Source: Flammeovirgaceae bacterium
Lineage (GTDB): Bacteria; Bacteroidota; Bacteroidia; Cytophagales; Cyclobacteriaceae
Reading direction: 5' to 3'
Assembly (NCBI GenBank): GCA_015180985.1
Contig: CP054185.1
Span: 2,105,225-2,169,224, forward strand
Length of the DNA stretch: 64,000 nt
Shown: positions 20,812-31,446 of the stretch, in pieces
Layout: the number at the start of each line of letters is the position of its first letter
How positions within the stretch are numbered: position 1 is the first letter of the stretch
Notes under the pieces: model-generated
What the model saw: only the letters and a program-made list of their open reading frames with translations
The model's database searches: none
Told to the model about the DNA's origin: nothing
Translations under genes and position numbers: made by a program

Positions 20812-21270
20812 TCAGGTGCCTGGCTGTGAGGCCTCCATCTCGCGCCTGCGTTTGGCATCAATGGAATATTTGCCGGCACCAAAAATGGTAAAGATGATAA
20901 GCCCGGCCAGCACAATCAGTGAGATTTCAAGCTCCATGTGATTGCCCACGCTCAGAAAGCCTTTGGGTGCATTCACAAAAACTACTGCACCAATCAATAC
21001 CGGCAGGTTAATAATACTTACGATGCGGGTAAACAACCCAACAGCAATCAGCGGCCCGCCAAGAATGTGTGCAAAAACTACATAGTGAGCCAGCGTTGCC
21101 CCTGCAAACCAAACATTGAAACCGGAGGCAGTCATTTCCAACTCATCCATATTAGTGATAAACTCAAGGCCCTTGTAGGTAATAAACAGGCCGAGAATAA
21201 TCCGGAAGAAGTCAAGAAAGCCGGGGCGGTGAGCGTTACCCCATTTTTCAACATCGGTAACTACACTCAT
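20812..21270 (-). CDS. DoxX family membrane protein
   Basis: DoxX-like 4-TM pattern (FLDFFRIILGLFITYKGLEF...). The ORF extends to 21324. Confidence 0.7.
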   Translation of the reverse strand: MSVVTDVEKWGNAHRPGFLDFFRIILGLFITYKGLEFITNMDELEMTASGFNVWFAGATLAHYVVFAHILGGPLIAVGLFTRIVSIINLPVLIGAVVFVNAPKGFLSVGNHMELEISLIVLAGLIIFTIFGAGKYSIDAKRRREMEASQPGT

Positions 21271-21354
21271 ACGGGTAATTGGTTGGTTTATACAAAGTTT
21301 AAGAAATGTTTTGCGAAAGGTCAATTCCGGGTTCTGTTTTCTTTACAGCCAAAT

Positions 21355-21383
21355 AAAAAAGCCCGGCTTGGCCGGGCTTTTTT
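21355..21383 (-). terminator. Bidirectional intrinsic terminator after the RRM protein gene
   Basis: aaaaaa-gcccgg-cttg-gccgggc-tttttt. The GC stem is flanked by an A6 and a T6 run. Confidence 0.75.
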
Positions 21384-21401
21384 AATGGTTATCCTGAAAT
21401 C

Positions 21402-21710
21402 CTAATAATCGTCCCGATTAAAATTTTTTCTGAATCCACCGCCACCCCGGTTTCCGCGAGGGGCATCGGTACGCGGACGGGCCTCGTTTACCACCAGGTT
21501 TTTGCCCATAAAATCGGCACCGTTTAACTGGTTAATAGCGCTTTGGGCCGATGACTCATCGGCCATTTCAACAAACCCGAAACCGCGGCTTCGGTTGGTA
21601 AATTTGTCAAGGATGATTTTAGCTGAGCTAACCTCACCAAACTGTTCGAAGAGTCCCTTCAATTCTGCTTCCGTTGCTTTAAAAGGGATGTTGGCAACAT
21701 AAATGTTCAT
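21402..21710 (-). CDS. RRM-type RNA-binding protein with a Gly/Arg tail
   Basis: RNP2 is IYVANI and RNP1 is RGFGFVEM. The C-terminus is RGNRGGGGFRKNF. Confidence 0.92.
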   Translation of the reverse strand: MNIYVANIPFKATEAELKGLFEQFGEVSSAKIILDKFTNRSRGFGFVEMADESSAQSAINQLNGADFMGKNLVVNEARPRTDAPRGNRGGGGFRKNFNRDDY

Positions 21711-21895
21711 TTGTTAACTGATAAAGTGAATAATTAATTGTTGTTTGATGAATCTTTCTGAAACTCAGTTCGGTAAGAAGATGGGCTCCGGATTAATTGA
21801 TCAAATCAATGTAAAAATAACCAGAATATGTTATGGTTCAACGGGTACAGGTTGTTTTGAAGTTGCTTACCGGGAAAAAGGCTTTAAAATGGTTT

Positions 21896-22339
21896 TTATG
21901 AGGTATGGTCAGCAACGATAACCCACTTGCCTTTAATTTTTTTCCATAATAAGGTAAAATGCCCGCCCGGATTGTCATGTGTGCGTTTCAGTTCCCATTT
22001 TCCAATAACAAAGGCTGTAGTTGGCGAAAGTATCTCCACGGATAGGAGTGTAAAGGTAAGTTGTCCCATGGCCTCGGGTGTTGGGTACCCCTTCTTGTAA
22101 TTCTCCAGGGTGGTAGTCCAGCCATAGGTAATGCCGTTCCTTCCGATAAATTTCAGGCTGTCGGATTTCCAGTAGCCTTCCATAAATGCTTCAATATCGG
22201 CCCGGTTCCAATCCGCTTGCTGTTTTTGCATAATGTTTCGGATGATTTCTGCATCATTTGGTTTTTTTTGTGCGGCTGCGAGGGTGTAATTCAGAAGCAG
22301 AAGTGTTGCAAGTAAAAGTTGTGTTCGGAAAGTAAACAT
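21896..22339 (-). CDS. Secreted SnoaL/NTF2-like (DUF4440-like) protein
   Basis: Signal peptide, then a domain of about 120 aa with an NTF2-like pattern (WNRADIEAFMEGYW...FTLLWKK). The ORF extends to 22420. Confidence 0.6.
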   Translation of the reverse strand: MFTFRTQLLLATLLLLNYTLAAAQKKPNDAEIIRNIMQKQQADWNRADIEAFMEGYWKSDSLKFIGRNGITYGWTTTLENYKKGYPTPEAMGQLTFTLLSVEILSPTTAFVIGKWELKRTHDNPGGHFTLLWKKIKGKWVIVADHTS

Positions 22340-22416
22340 GAAATGGTGATTTGGTTTAATTATGATCTTTAACGAAGGTAATGAATTTGAAAATGCATTA
22401 TAATCCGAAACCACAA

Positions 22417-24924
22417 TCAATACGGGTCAACATCCACCACGGTGCGTACATTCCTGAAGGCACTGTTTTCGCTTAGTGTGCCGATACCGGCTGTCAGTAT
22501 CCGTTTTATATCCTGCAGGTTTCCGGTATGGCGGGGAATTTTGATGAGAATACTCATCAGATACTGGTTTCTGATTTTTGATACCATGGGTTCACCAGGC
22601 CCCAGTATTTTTACCCCGGTAAGTTCATGGCGCAGCAGTTCGGCCAGTGCAGCAGAGGCTTCGTTAACCGTTTTTTTATCAGTGTGCTTAAGAGTCAGTT
22701 CAATCAGGCGCGTAAAGGGCGGGTATTGGTGTGCTTTTCGATCGTCCAGTTCAAGTGTATAAAATTCGTTTACCCGGTGGTTAAGCACAACGTTAAGTAA
22801 AGGGTGTTGTGGTTGCGAGGTTTGTATAATTACCGTGCCGGGTTTATCCTTTCGGCCGGCCCGTCCGCTAACCTGGGTGAGCAGTTGAAAGGCCCGTTCG
22901 TGTGAGCGGAAGTCGGGGAAATGAAACATCCGGTCGGCATTAAACACTCCAACCAAACTAACGCGGCCGAAGTCAAGTCCTTTGGTAACCATTTGGGTGC
23001 CGACCAAAATGTCGGTTCGGCCCGCTTCAAATTCGCTGATGATATTTTCGTAACCGGATTTTGAGCGGGTAGTTTCCAGATCCATACGCTGGATGGCGGC
23101 TTCCGGGAAATGCAGGCGAAGCTCTTCCTCCAGTTTTTCGGTGCCATAGCCTGACGTGAGCAGTCGCCTGGACGAACAATTACGGCATGCCGTGGGCATT
23201 GGCTCTCTGTATCCGCAGTAATGGCAAACCAACGCACTTTTATATTGATGATACGTTAGGCTTACCGAACAGTTGGTACACCGCGGTATCCACCCGCAGT
23301 CTTCACATTCCAGCAACGGTGCATAACCCCTGCGGTTTTGAAAAACAATTACCTGTTCTTTACGTGCAAGCGTTTCTTCAATGGCCTTGAGCAAGGCAGA
23401 GGTAAACTGCCCTTTGTTCTTCTTTTCTCTCCGTTCCCGGCTCAGGTCTGCCAACGCAATTGTTGGAAGCCGGGCCTCACCAAACCGGGAGTGTAATTGT
23501 ACCAGCCCGTATTTGCCGCTGTGCGCCAGCCAGTACGACTCCAGCGAGGGAGTGGCCGAGCCGAGCAGTACGCGTGCATGGTGCAGCTGGCCCATAATCA
23601 ACGCCACATCGCGCGCATGGTAGCGGGGGGCCGGCTCTTGCTGTTTAAAGGAAGTATCATGCTCCTCGTCAACTATAATCAATCCCAGATTATCGAAAGG
23701 CAGAAAGACAGCTGAACGCACACCCACTACGAACTTAACCTTTCCGCTCAGAATGCCCCGCCACACTTCCACGCGTTCGTTATCGGAAAAACGGGAATGG
23801 TAAACGCCCATCATGTTGCCGAACACTTTTTTCAGGCGCTGAACAATCTGGGTGGTCAGCGCTATTTCCGGCAGCAGGTAAAGTACCTGCGAGCCTGCAT
23901 CCAACGCCTGCTTTATCAGACTGATGTAGATTTCGGTCTTACCGCTGCCGGTAATGCCGTGAAAAAGTGTGACGTTGCTTTTTTCAAACGACTGCAGAAT
24001 TTCATCACGTGCGCGAAGTTGGTCATCGCTAAGAGTATTTTCAGGTTGTTCTCTGCTGGTGTCTTTATCAAACCTCGAAATAATAACCTCAAACTCTTCA
24101 AAGATGCCGTGCTTGATCAGCGTATTAAGCGATGATTCAGATGAATGGCCCTCCAGTAATTTTTTGCGCGAAAGGCCGGCTTTATTTTGCCCGGCATCGT
24201 GCATTACCGGCACTTCCTGCAGGTATTTCAGCACCAGTGCTTCCTGCTTTGGCCTGGAAGCCAGCGTGTTGAATAGTTCATGCAGTGCATCGTTCGACAG
24301 GTAATGTTGGGCTAACCGTACTTTCCGCTCGGTTTTAGGTTTATATTTTTCATGCACTTCTTCAAATAGGATGACGGCTTCCTTTCTTACCAGTGATTTA
24401 AGAATGGCATAAATCGTTTTTACGCCCAGTAATTTTGATATTTCCGAATAGGTCATCGGGCCGTGCTGAAGCTGCTTTAGCAGCATCTCTTCTTTTTCGG
24501 TAAACTCAAACAGTGTTTCACTCCAGTCGAAGGCGGGGTGGAGTTGTGCCTTGGATTCGCTGGAAAGTTTTAACCCGGAGGGCAGGGCGGCATTCATTAC
24601 TTCACCCGGAGCGCACAGGTAGTATGCGGCAATCCAGTTGAAAAGGTTTAACTGGAGTGAATTTACGGTGGGCTCGTCATCGAGCAGTTCCAACAGGTAT
24701 TTTACTTCATACTCCCTTGGCGGATTCTGATGAACAATGCTGATGATACCGGTGAGGATTTTACGGTCGCCAAACGGAACAATGGCACGCTGCCCCGGGG
24801 CGATACGTTCGTTAAATTCCAGTGGCACGCGGTAAGTGAATAGCTTGGGTACGGGTACCGGCAGAATGAGTTCGGCAAAAAGTGTAATCCGTTCGGGATT
24901 TTCTAAAGGGAGCTGCTTGGTCAT
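22417..24924 (-). CDS. priA: Primosomal protein N' (replication restart helicase)
   Basis: Walker A is GITGSGKT and the DEAH-like box is VDEEHD. The Cys-rich zinc region is CEDCGWIPRCTNC...CHYCG...CRNC. Confidence 0.96.
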   Translation of the reverse strand: MTKQLPLENPERITLFAELILPVPVPKLFTYRVPLEFNERIAPGQRAIVPFGDRKILTGIISIVHQNPPREYEVKYLLELLDDEPTVNSLQLNLFNWIAAYYLCAPGEVMNAALPSGLKLSSESKAQLHPAFDWSETLFEFTEKEEMLLKQLQHGPMTYSEISKLLGVKTIYAILKSLVRKEAVILFEEVHEKYKPKTERKVRLAQHYLSNDALHELFNTLASRPKQEALVLKYLQEVPVMHDAGQNKAGLSRKKLLEGHSSESSLNTLIKHGIFEEFEVIISRFDKDTSREQPENTLSDDQLRARDEILQSFEKSNVTLFHGITGSGKTEIYISLIKQALDAGSQVLYLLPEIALTTQIVQRLKKVFGNMMGVYHSRFSDNERVEVWRGILSGKVKFVVGVRSAVFLPFDNLGLIIVDEEHDTSFKQQEPAPRYHARDVALIMGQLHHARVLLGSATPSLESYWLAHSGKYGLVQLHSRFGEARLPTIALADLSRERREKKNKGQFTSALLKAIEETLARKEQVIVFQNRRGYAPLLECEDCGWIPRCTNCSVSLTYHQYKSALVCHYCGYREPMPTACRNCSSRRLLTSGYGTEKLEEELRLHFPEAAIQRMDLETTRSKSGYENIISEFEAGRTDILVGTQMVTKGLDFGRVSLVGVFNADRMFHFPDFRSHERAFQLLTQVSGRAGRKDKPGTVIIQTSQPQHPLLNVVLNHRVNEFYTLELDDRKAHQYPPFTRLIELTLKHTDKKTVNEASAALAELLRHELTGVKILGPGEPMVSKIRNQYLMSILIKIPRHTGNLQDIKRILTAGIGTLSENSAFRNVRTVVDVDPY

Positions 24925-24966
24925 TGAAAGCCTTCCGGCAAATCTAATGGAATCGGATTCAATTTT

Positions 24967-26970
24967 TTATACCGTATAATCAGCAGCCACTTGCCTGATG
25001 GCATCATTTACTGAATGAACAGGCTGCTTGCAGGTTTTGTTGTAGCACACGTACACCGTGGTTTTAATGCCGGTTTCCTTACCCTGAAGGAGTGGCAGGC
25101 GGCTGGCAACTGCAGTGCCCGTGACGAGTGAAATCGGATGAAAGTGCTTTTTGAACTCATTTTTATATAACTGGTATTCTTTTCCGACAAAGGCTACCTC
25201 GGCAATTTCCTTATTGGCCCATAACCAGGCCATCGCCCAGTTGCTCATGTAGTTGGGCTCTTTCAGAATCAGTTCATGCATGCCGTCCACCATGTTTTTG
25301 CCGAGGGCTATCCAGTCTCCACGGTCGAGTAATCTTCCAAGCCACAGAAGATTTTGTGCCATTACGCTGTTTGATGCAGGGATTACGTTATCGAACAGTT
25401 CTTTCTTTCTGGCTACAAGTTGTTTGGCATTTTTTGAGGTGTAAAAGAAAAAGCCATCAGCCGTATCGTAAAAGTCGGCAATTACCTTTGTTGCAAACTG
25501 TTTCGCCTTTTCGAGCCAGTCTTCATCAAAGTCGGCTTCGTATAATTTCAGGTATGCCTGGATTAGGAAAGCGTAATCGTCTAAAAATCCCCCGGTGGCT
25601 GAACGTTTTGTATTCCAGGTACGGTATAGTGTGTTGCCCTCAATTAGTGTATTTTCAATAAAGCGTATGGCATTTCGGCCCAGTTCAAGAAAGGCGTTAT
25701 CTGTAAAGGCGTGATAGGCATCCACCAGGGCGCTGACAGCCATGGTGTTCCATCCGGATAGAATTTTAGTATCAAGGCTTGGCTTTATCCGGTGGTTTCG
25801 TTGTTGAAGCAGTTTTTCTTTATAACGAACAAGATTTTCCGATGGTGGTAATTCTCCGGCATTTCGGTACAGGATGTTGGTGCCATGCTCCCAGTTTCCG
25901 TTTTGTGTTATGTTGAAGTGCCTGCACACTTCGGCTGCTGCGTTTCCCAGGATGTCCGAAACCTCCTGATATGTCCATACATAAAATTTTCCTTCAACCC
26001 CTTCGCTGTCGGCATCCAGGGCTGAATAGAAGCCACCGGAAGGATGAGCCATTTCGCGTTTAAGCCAATTTACAGTTTCGTACACGGCCTGTTTATACTC
26101 CTCATCACCGGTAACCTGGTACGCTTCAGCGTACAGACTGATGAGTTGCGCGTTATCGTAAAGCATTTTTTCAAAGTGAGGCACAAACCACCGGCTATCC
26201 ACCGAATAGCGGGCAAAGCCCCCGCCAAGCTGGTCGTAAATGCCGCCATAAAAAATGTGTTTCAGGGTGAGATTAATTTGATTGAGCGCCTGTGGATTTT
26301 TGGTTAAATAATAGTACCGAAGCAACCAATGCCAGATGGAAGGCATGATGAACTTGGGAGCTTTTTCAAGGCCGCCATCGTGGCGGTCAAAGGTCGCTTC
26401 TATATGCCGGTAGATTTGCTGCAGGCTGTCATTGAAAGCCTCTTCTGCCTGCTTTTTGAATTTCGATACTTCCGATACGGCCAGCAGCCGTGTAAGTTCA
26501 TCGGCAGTTTGGATGACTTCGTTTTTTCGTGATTGGTAAGCCTTATGGATATTGGTAAGCACCTGCGCCCAGGTGGGTGGCGGAAAATAGGTGCCGCCAT
26601 AAAACGGTTTTTGGTCAGGTGTCAGGAACACGTTCAACGGCCAGCCCCCGTTAATACCCATGGCCTGTACGGCTTCCATGTACACCTGGTCGATGTCGGG
26701 CCGTTCTTCACGGTCAACTTTAATGCACACAAAGAATTCATTCATCAGGGCAGCGATGTCGGCATTTTCAAAACATTCGCGCTCCATAACGTGGCACCAG
26801 TGGCACGCGGAGTAGCCGATGCTGACCAGTATAGGCTTATCTTCCTGCCGGGCTTTGGTAAGGGCCTCGTGGCCCCACTCATACCAGTTAACCGGATTGT
26901 AGGCATGTTGCAGTAAATACGGGCTGGTTGCCCGGATAAGGCGGTTGGGTATGCGCGAAGAGTCACTCAC
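24967..26970 (-). CDS. Thioredoxin-domain protein, YyaL/DUF255 family
   Basis: [18 protein letters not shown] and [13 protein letters not shown] motifs, followed by an (alpha/alpha)6-like C-terminal region. Confidence 0.9.
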   Translation of the reverse strand: MSDSSRIPNRLIRATSPYLLQHAYNPVNWYEWGHEALTKARQEDKPILVSIGYSACHWCHVMERECFENADIAALMNEFFVCIKVDREERPDIDQVYMEAVQAMGINGGWPLNVFLTPDQKPFYGGTYFPPPTWAQVLTNIHKAYQSRKNEVIQTADELTRLLAVSEVSKFKKQAEEAFNDSLQQIYRHIEATFDRHDGGLEKAPKFIMPSIWHWLLRYYYLTKNPQALNQINLTLKHIFYGGIYDQLGGGFARYSVDSRWFVPHFEKMLYDNAQLISLYAEAYQVTGDEEYKQAVYETVNWLKREMAHPSGGFYSALDADSEGVEGKFYVWTYQEVSDILGNAAAEVCRHFNITQNGNWEHGTNILYRNAGELPPSENLVRYKEKLLQQRNHRIKPSLDTKILSGWNTMAVSALVDAYHAFTDNAFLELGRNAIRFIENTLIEGNTLYRTWNTKRSATGGFLDDYAFLIQAYLKLYEADFDEDWLEKAKQFATKVIADFYDTADGFFFYTSKNAKQLVARKKELFDNVIPASNSVMAQNLLWLGRLLDRGDWIALGKNMVDGMHELILKEPNYMSNWAMAWLWANKEIAEVAFVGKEYQLYKNEFKKHFHPISLVTGTAVASRLPLLQGKETGIKTTVYVCYNKTCKQPVHSVNDAIRQVAADYTV

Positions 26971-27938
26971 AGTAACTGGGCTTTAAGCTGATTCAATTCT
27001 TTTTCAACATTCACCAGGTTTGCCAGGGGCTCTAATTTTTTTAAAGTGTCTTTTACAAATTGCTGGTGGGCTGCACTGGCCGGATGAAAGGGCTTATGCC
27101 CAAGCGCCTGCAGTATGCCGGTCCATTCTGCGATAAATTTTTTTGTGGGCTCATCTGCAAAGGCATGTAAAAACTTTTGCCAGATGTATTCTTCGGCTTC
27201 GAAGGAGGGATGAATCATATCGGATTTGTAAAAGCGGTAATCGCGCAAATCGTCCATCATAATTTCAAATGCCGGAAAATAGTGCACCCGTTCATACCGC
27301 TCACTTAACGTATGGCAAGTCAGGCGTAACACCGATTTACTCACGCTGTTCATTTCCAGTGTGTCTTTCAGGTGCCGCACCGGGCTCACGGTAAGAATCA
27401 GGTTAATGTGGGCGTTAAAGGTCAGCAGTTCGTTGTAAAAGGTCTCGAACGATTCCAGAAACTTCTTCTGGGTAAATAGTTCTTTTTTGAAATTAGAAGA
27501 GGGCACTTTGTGACAGTTGGCAACGATTTCACCGGTATCAATTCGGGTATACACCCAGGCAGTGCCATAGGTGATGAGCAGCCAGTTGGCATTTTTTAAA
27601 AATTGATGGCTGGCACTGATGATGTTGCTGAGTTTTTGTTTAAGGTTGTCTTTATCCGGAGAACCAAAGGCAGAGTGAAAATCGTAATTCAGGTGAATGC
27701 CCTGGTTCATTAAATAGGTGCGTTCAGGCGGCAATTGGTTGTGTAGGGCATACAATAATGCTTTGTGTATGGCGTGCGGGTTATAGCTGACACCAAAGGA
27801 ATTGGAAAGGCACTCAAACTTGTGTGTGGTAAGCCGGCTGCCTATGGCATCAGCAAAGCATGAGCCTGCTGTAACTAACCGATGCTTTAGCGTTATACGG
27901 TCTCTCGATTGCTTTGGAATAAGTTCAGTGCGAAACAT
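26967..27938 (-). CDS. GSCFA-domain protein
   Basis: The family-defining AGSCFA motif lies near the N-terminus. The ORF track uses the TTG at 27944, but the ATG at 27938 is more likely. Confidence 0.85.
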   Translation of the reverse strand: MFRTELIPKQSRDRITLKHRLVTAGSCFADAIGSRLTTHKFECLSNSFGVSYNPHAIHKALLYALHNQLPPERTYLMNQGIHLNYDFHSAFGSPDKDNLKQKLSNIISASHQFLKNANWLLITYGTAWVYTRIDTGEIVANCHKVPSSNFKKELFTQKKFLESFETFYNELLTFNAHINLILTVSPVRHLKDTLEMNSVSKSVLRLTCHTLSERYERVHYFPAFEIMMDDLRDYRFYKSDMIHPSFEAEEYIWQKFLHAFADEPTKKFIAEWTGILQALGHKPFHPASAAHQQFVKDTLKKLEPLANLVNVEKELNQLKAQLL

Positions 27939-27954
27939 GTTCAAAGCTACGAAA

Positions 27955-27983
27955 TAAAAAACCCTGACGGGTGGCGTCAGGGT
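27955..27983 (-). terminator. Terminator of the rpsF-rpsR-rplI operon
   Basis: 9-bp stem 27961-27969/27975-27983 (accctgacg/cgtcagggt), followed on the minus strand by a T6 run. Confidence 0.75.
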
Positions 27984-28006
27984 TTGAGCGTTTTGCTTTT
28001 GAGGTG

Positions 28007-28450
28007 TTATTCCGAAACGACTTTCACCTTGATTTCGTGTTTCACTTCCTTGTGCAAATCAAGCGAAACCGAATAGGTGCCGAGTTGTTTGGGCTGTTCT
28101 TTAAATACCACTTTCTTGCGGTCGATGTCAAAGCCTTTTGCTTTCAACGCATCGGCAACCTGCAAAGCTGTAACAGCACCAAAAATTTTGCCGCTTTCTC
28201 CGGCTTTGGTACCGATTTCCAGTACCAGTTCACCGATTTTGGAAGCCAGCGCTTCAGCATCCTGTTTGATTTTAGCAGCTTTGTGAGCGGCCTGTCGTAC
28301 ATTTTCTTCGGCCATGCGCTTGTTGGAGTTGTTGGCAATCAGCGCCAGCCCGTTCGGGATAAGGTAGTTGCGACCGTAGCCGGCCTTTACCTTCACGATG
28401 TCGTTTTTATAACCCAGTCCCTGAACGTCTTGTTTTAATATTACGTGCAT
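28007..28450 (-). CDS. rplI: 50S ribosomal protein L9
   Basis: MHVILKQDVQGLGYKNDIVKVKAGYGRNYLIP signature. Confidence 0.97.
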   Translation of the reverse strand: MHVILKQDVQGLGYKNDIVKVKAGYGRNYLIPNGLALIANNSNKRMAEENVRQAAHKAAKIKQDAEALASKIGELVLEIGTKAGESGKIFGAVTALQVADALKAKGFDIDRKKVVFKEQPKQLGTYSVSLDLHKEVKHEIKVKVVSE

Positions 28451-28476
28451 TTCTTCTTCAGTTAAAAGGTTACGAG

Positions 28477-28728
28477 TTATTTCAAGGAGTCACCGGTATA
28501 AGGAAGAATCGCCATATGACGTGCCCGCTTTACAGCCTGGGTAACTTTCTTCTGAAACTTCCAGCTTGTTCCGGTAAGCCTGCGGGGAAGAATCTTTCCC
28601 TGCTCGTTGATGAATTTAATCAGGAAATCGGGATCCTTATAATCAATGTACTTGATTCCGTTTTTCTTAAAGCGGCAGTACTTGGCTTTAGGTTCTACGC
28701 GCTTAATGGGTTCGTTCATCAGTGTCAT
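28477..28728 (-). CDS. rpsR: 30S ribosomal protein S18
   Basis: YIDYKD...LPRRLTG...[19 protein letters not shown] pattern. Confidence 0.96.
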   Translation of the reverse strand: MTLMNEPIKRVEPKAKYCRFKKNGIKYIDYKDPDFLIKFINEQGKILPRRLTGTSWKFQKKVTQAVKRARHMAILPYTGDSLK

Positions 28729-29114
28729 CAGGCCAACTCCTCCTCAGTTTTTCTGGGTTTTTTAACGTCTTTGTTTTCTTTCTTCTTGAATTCGCCTTTG
28801 CGCCTGCGCTCGTTGTAGAACAGGGCGTGCTTGTCAAGGGTAATGGTCAGGAAACGCATCACTGACTCATCGCGTCTGTACTCCGTTTCGAGTGTGTTCA
28901 CCACGTCAGGAGTTGCCGAAAACTCGATGAGGTTGTAGAAACCGGTGGATTTGCGCTGGATGGGGTAGGCCATTTTGCGCAGGCCCCATTGCTCAACGTT
29001 TATAACATCAGCCTTGGCTTTCTTCAACACCTTCACGAATTTATCGACAGTATCCTTCATCTGGTCTTCAGACAAAACGGGATTCAAAATGAATACTGTC
29101 TCGTAGTTTTTCAT
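28728..29114 (-). CDS. rpsF: 30S ribosomal protein S6
   Basis: [12 protein letters not shown]...[10 protein letters not shown] signature. The 1-nt overlap with rpsR fits operon organisation. Confidence 0.96.
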   Translation of the reverse strand: MKNYETVFILNPVLSEDQMKDTVDKFVKVLKKAKADVINVEQWGLRKMAYPIQRKSTGFYNLIEFSATPDVVNTLETEYRRDESVMRFLTITLDKHALFYNERRRKGEFKKKENKDVKKPRKTEEELA

Positions 29115-29147
29115 TGATTTTTACGTGTTTTTAAGGTTTTGAGCCTG

Positions 29148-29155
29148 CAAAGGTA
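29148..29155 (-). promoter_or_regulatory. -7 promoter box (TACCTTTG) for the rpsF operon
   Basis: TAnnTTTG match 33 nt upstream of the rpsF ATG, within the recurring decamer tgcaaaggta. Confidence 0.55.
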
Positions 29156-29224
29156 GGGAATTGCCCCGAATTTGAAAGGGCCTGCCTGAAAATTGAAGAA
29201 ATGGCTTAAAAGCCTGTTGCCGGC

Positions 29225-30151
29225 CTATTTTACTACAAACTTGCCGCTGCCCATCAGGTAATCTTCGCAATACACCTCCAGTGTATAGGTTCCCGGGGCA
29301 TAGTCAGACCCTTTATCGTACAGATAGGTGAGCCGCTGGCGGGTGTTGTCGAACAGGATTTCCTGGGCGGCTGTGTAAAACTCTTCCTTACCGTTGTAGA
29401 TGAATGTGCCGGAACCGCGCGATACATCGAACAGCACCTGGTTATTCTCATCAATTATCCGGATCATGATTTTCTTGCCTTCTATAGGGGCTACGTTGTT
29501 TTCAGCCAGGTTGAATTCGATTTTCAGTTTTCCTACCTGTCGGCTTCGGAAGGGCGATTCGCGCTCTTTGCCCCGGTCGTTCAGCGCTACGATGCGGATA
29601 TTCTCTGCTTTCAGTTGCGAAGCAAGCGCCACTTTGCCGGCCAGTTCCTGCTTGGTTTGGCTTAACCGGTTGAGCGAGTCGCCTAACTGATTCTTTTCGG
29701 TTTTAAGCGTAACATTCTCGTTCAACAGGGCTTTGTTTACGTTTTTAAGCCGTTCAATTTCCTCGTCTTTATTCTTAAGCAGGAGTTCATAGCCCTCCAC
29801 CTTGTCTTTCAGTTCTTTAATCAGTTTGCCGGAAGCCTGTGTTCTGCGTTTCAGTTGTTCTTCAATTTCGGCTTTGGCCTGTTGCAGGTCGGCCACATCG
29901 CCACCGAGTTTTTTTACTTCTTCAATCTTCTGGGCAAGTTCTACCTTCAGTTCTTCCATGCGTTGCATGGTGGTGGCCAGTTCCTCTTCGGTGGTGCTGA
30001 GCTGGGCCTGGATTTCGGTTCGCTCCTGGTGGTCGAGGTAAATTTTAATAACCTGAATAATGATAATAATCGAAAGCAGGGCAATAACAATGGTTGCCTT
30101 GTTCGACTTTTTAGGAACTTCAGGTGCGGGGGTGGTTTTCTCTTCGCTCAT
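29225..30151 (-). CDS. Membrane-anchored coiled-coil protein with a C-terminal beta-rich domain; function unknown
   Basis: One TM helix (ATIVIALLSIIIIIQVI), about 160 aa of heptad-like E/K/L-rich sequence, and a C-terminal region of about 110 aa with no recognisable motif. The likely start is MSEEK at 30151. Confidence 0.6.
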   Translation of the reverse strand: MSEEKTTPAPEVPKKSNKATIVIALLSIIIIIQVIKIYLDHQERTEIQAQLSTTEEELATTMQRMEELKVELAQKIEEVKKLGGDVADLQQAKAEIEEQLKRRTQASGKLIKELKDKVEGYELLLKNKDEEIERLKNVNKALLNENVTLKTEKNQLGDSLNRLSQTKQELAGKVALASQLKAENIRIVALNDRGKERESPFRSRQVGKLKIEFNLAENNVAPIEGKKIMIRIIDENNQVLFDVSRGSGTFIYNGKEEFYTAAQEILFDNTRQRLTYLYDKGSDYAPGTYTLEVYCEDYLMGSGKFVVK

Positions 30152-30203
30152 AAAACGGGTATAGCACATGCAAAAATAGCTATATCGGCATGTAATTCAA
30201 GTG

Positions 30204-30980
30204 CTAAAACCGCAGTACAACGTGTTGTTTGTTCAGTGATGGATCGAGGAACAAAATGCCACAGCGAAACAAGTCGATACTTACATACACCAGGGGATTC
30301 TTCCGTATTTGTTTCCACGCCTGCTCCATTTCAGGTGTATCGTGAATATCGTCAACAAGTACCATGCTTTTGTGGTGTGATTTTGACAGCAGCAGTTCAA
30401 AATACCGCAGCGTAGGTTCCAGCCGATGGTTGGCATCCATAAAGGCCAGGTCAACTTTCGGAATGCGCGAAAGGGTACTGTACAGGGTTTGGTCAATATT
30501 ACCCCGGATCAATTCAATGTTCTTTGCCCCTGCAAATTCAAAACTGAGTTCAGCCACATCGGCAATCCGGTCAGCACCTTCAAATGTGTATACGGTTGAT
30601 TCGGGGTATTGGGCAAGGTAAAGCGTGTTGATGCCAAAGGAGGTGCCCAGTTCAACAATGGTTTTTGGTTTACGCGCCATGATAATGCGGTGGTACAACG
30701 AAGCGTGCTTGGCCGGAGTAAGGCTTGTTTCGGCAATCTCGCTTATTTTGCGTGTGCTGGCGTTGGTGTGCTTGGAACCTTTTCCGAAATCAGTCACCTC
30801 AATGGTACGCTCATCTTTCAATAATTTTTTACGAAGGTTTTCAATGGCAATTAACTCACCGGTTTCGCGCCTGATGGTATTGGTGTAAAAGTCGAACAGG
30901 AAGGGCGCATGCAACGAATGTTCATCTACGGCATCAAGCCAGTAGTTGAGATAAGTTTTTATTTTGAAAAAAGGTGACAC
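30204..30980 (-). CDS. Class I SAM-dependent methyltransferase
   Basis: Motif I-like VELGTSFGINT and an acidic post-I residue. Substrate unknown. Confidence 0.7.
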   Translation of the reverse strand: MSPFFKIKTYLNYWLDAVDEHSLHAPFLFDFYTNTIRRETGELIAIENLRKKLLKDERTIEVTDFGKGSKHTNASTRKISEIAETSLTPAKHASLYHRIIMARKPKTIVELGTSFGINTLYLAQYPESTVYTFEGADRIADVAELSFEFAGAKNIELIRGNIDQTLYSTLSRIPKVDLAFMDANHRLEPTLRYFELLLSKSHHKSMVLVDDIHDTPEMEQAWKQIRKNPLVYVSIDLFRCGILFLDPSLNKQHVVLRF

Positions 30981-31367
30981 TCAGTTCAGGCGGAGGGGAG
31001 CCACCATGGTAAACTCGGGGATGCGAATGGATAACCGGGTTCCATCTACCACGCGTTCCATCAGGTAAGTACCCACCATTTTGCCAATGCCCGATTTCAG
31101 GTTGCAACCTGAAACATACTGGTGTGATTGGCCTGGTTCCAACACAGGCTGTTGCCCTACTACACCTTCGCCTTCCACTTCACGGGTGCTGAAGCCGGCA
31201 TCGTAAATATGCCAGTGCCTGCGCAGCAACTGGATGGTAAACTCGCTTTGGTTTTCGATAGTAATGCGGTAAGTAAAAACATAGTGGTACTGACTCGGAC
31301 TGGAATAGGCCGGCTGGTATTCGGTTTCAACGCTTACGCGGATGCCCTGTGTTATTTCAGTTACCAT
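30981..31367 (-). CDS. apaG: ApaG protein
   Basis: YVFTYRITIENQSEFTIQLLRRHWHIYDA and GVVGQQPVLEPG motifs. Confidence 0.93.
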   Translation of the reverse strand: MVTEITQGIRVSVETEYQPAYSSPSQYHYVFTYRITIENQSEFTIQLLRRHWHIYDAGFSTREVEGEGVVGQQPVLEPGQSHQYVSGCNLKSGIGKMVGTYLMERVVDGTRLSIRIPEFTMVAPLRLN

Positions 31368-31446
31368 CCGGCCAAAAATAAGGGATTTTTAGTCAACCCC
31401 TGAAACTGTTCAGCGGTTGATTTATATTTCCGGAAATACGCTGAAA

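Noticed and set aside
21711-21895. 185-bp untranslated gap upstream of the RRM protein gene, as a possible riboswitch or cold-shock-type leader
   Set aside because: I could not recognise a conserved riboswitch core or a convincing extended structure by eye. There is only a weak -7-like box (TTGATTTG, near 21801-21808). The evidence is insufficient.
26967-26970. 4-nt overlaps (GSCFA/yyaL, parA/parB, tetR/tolC, trpE/G/D/C) as possible frameshift sites or gene fusions
   Set aside because: ATGA/TGA-type overlaps are ordinary translational coupling in operons. All the partner proteins are full length.
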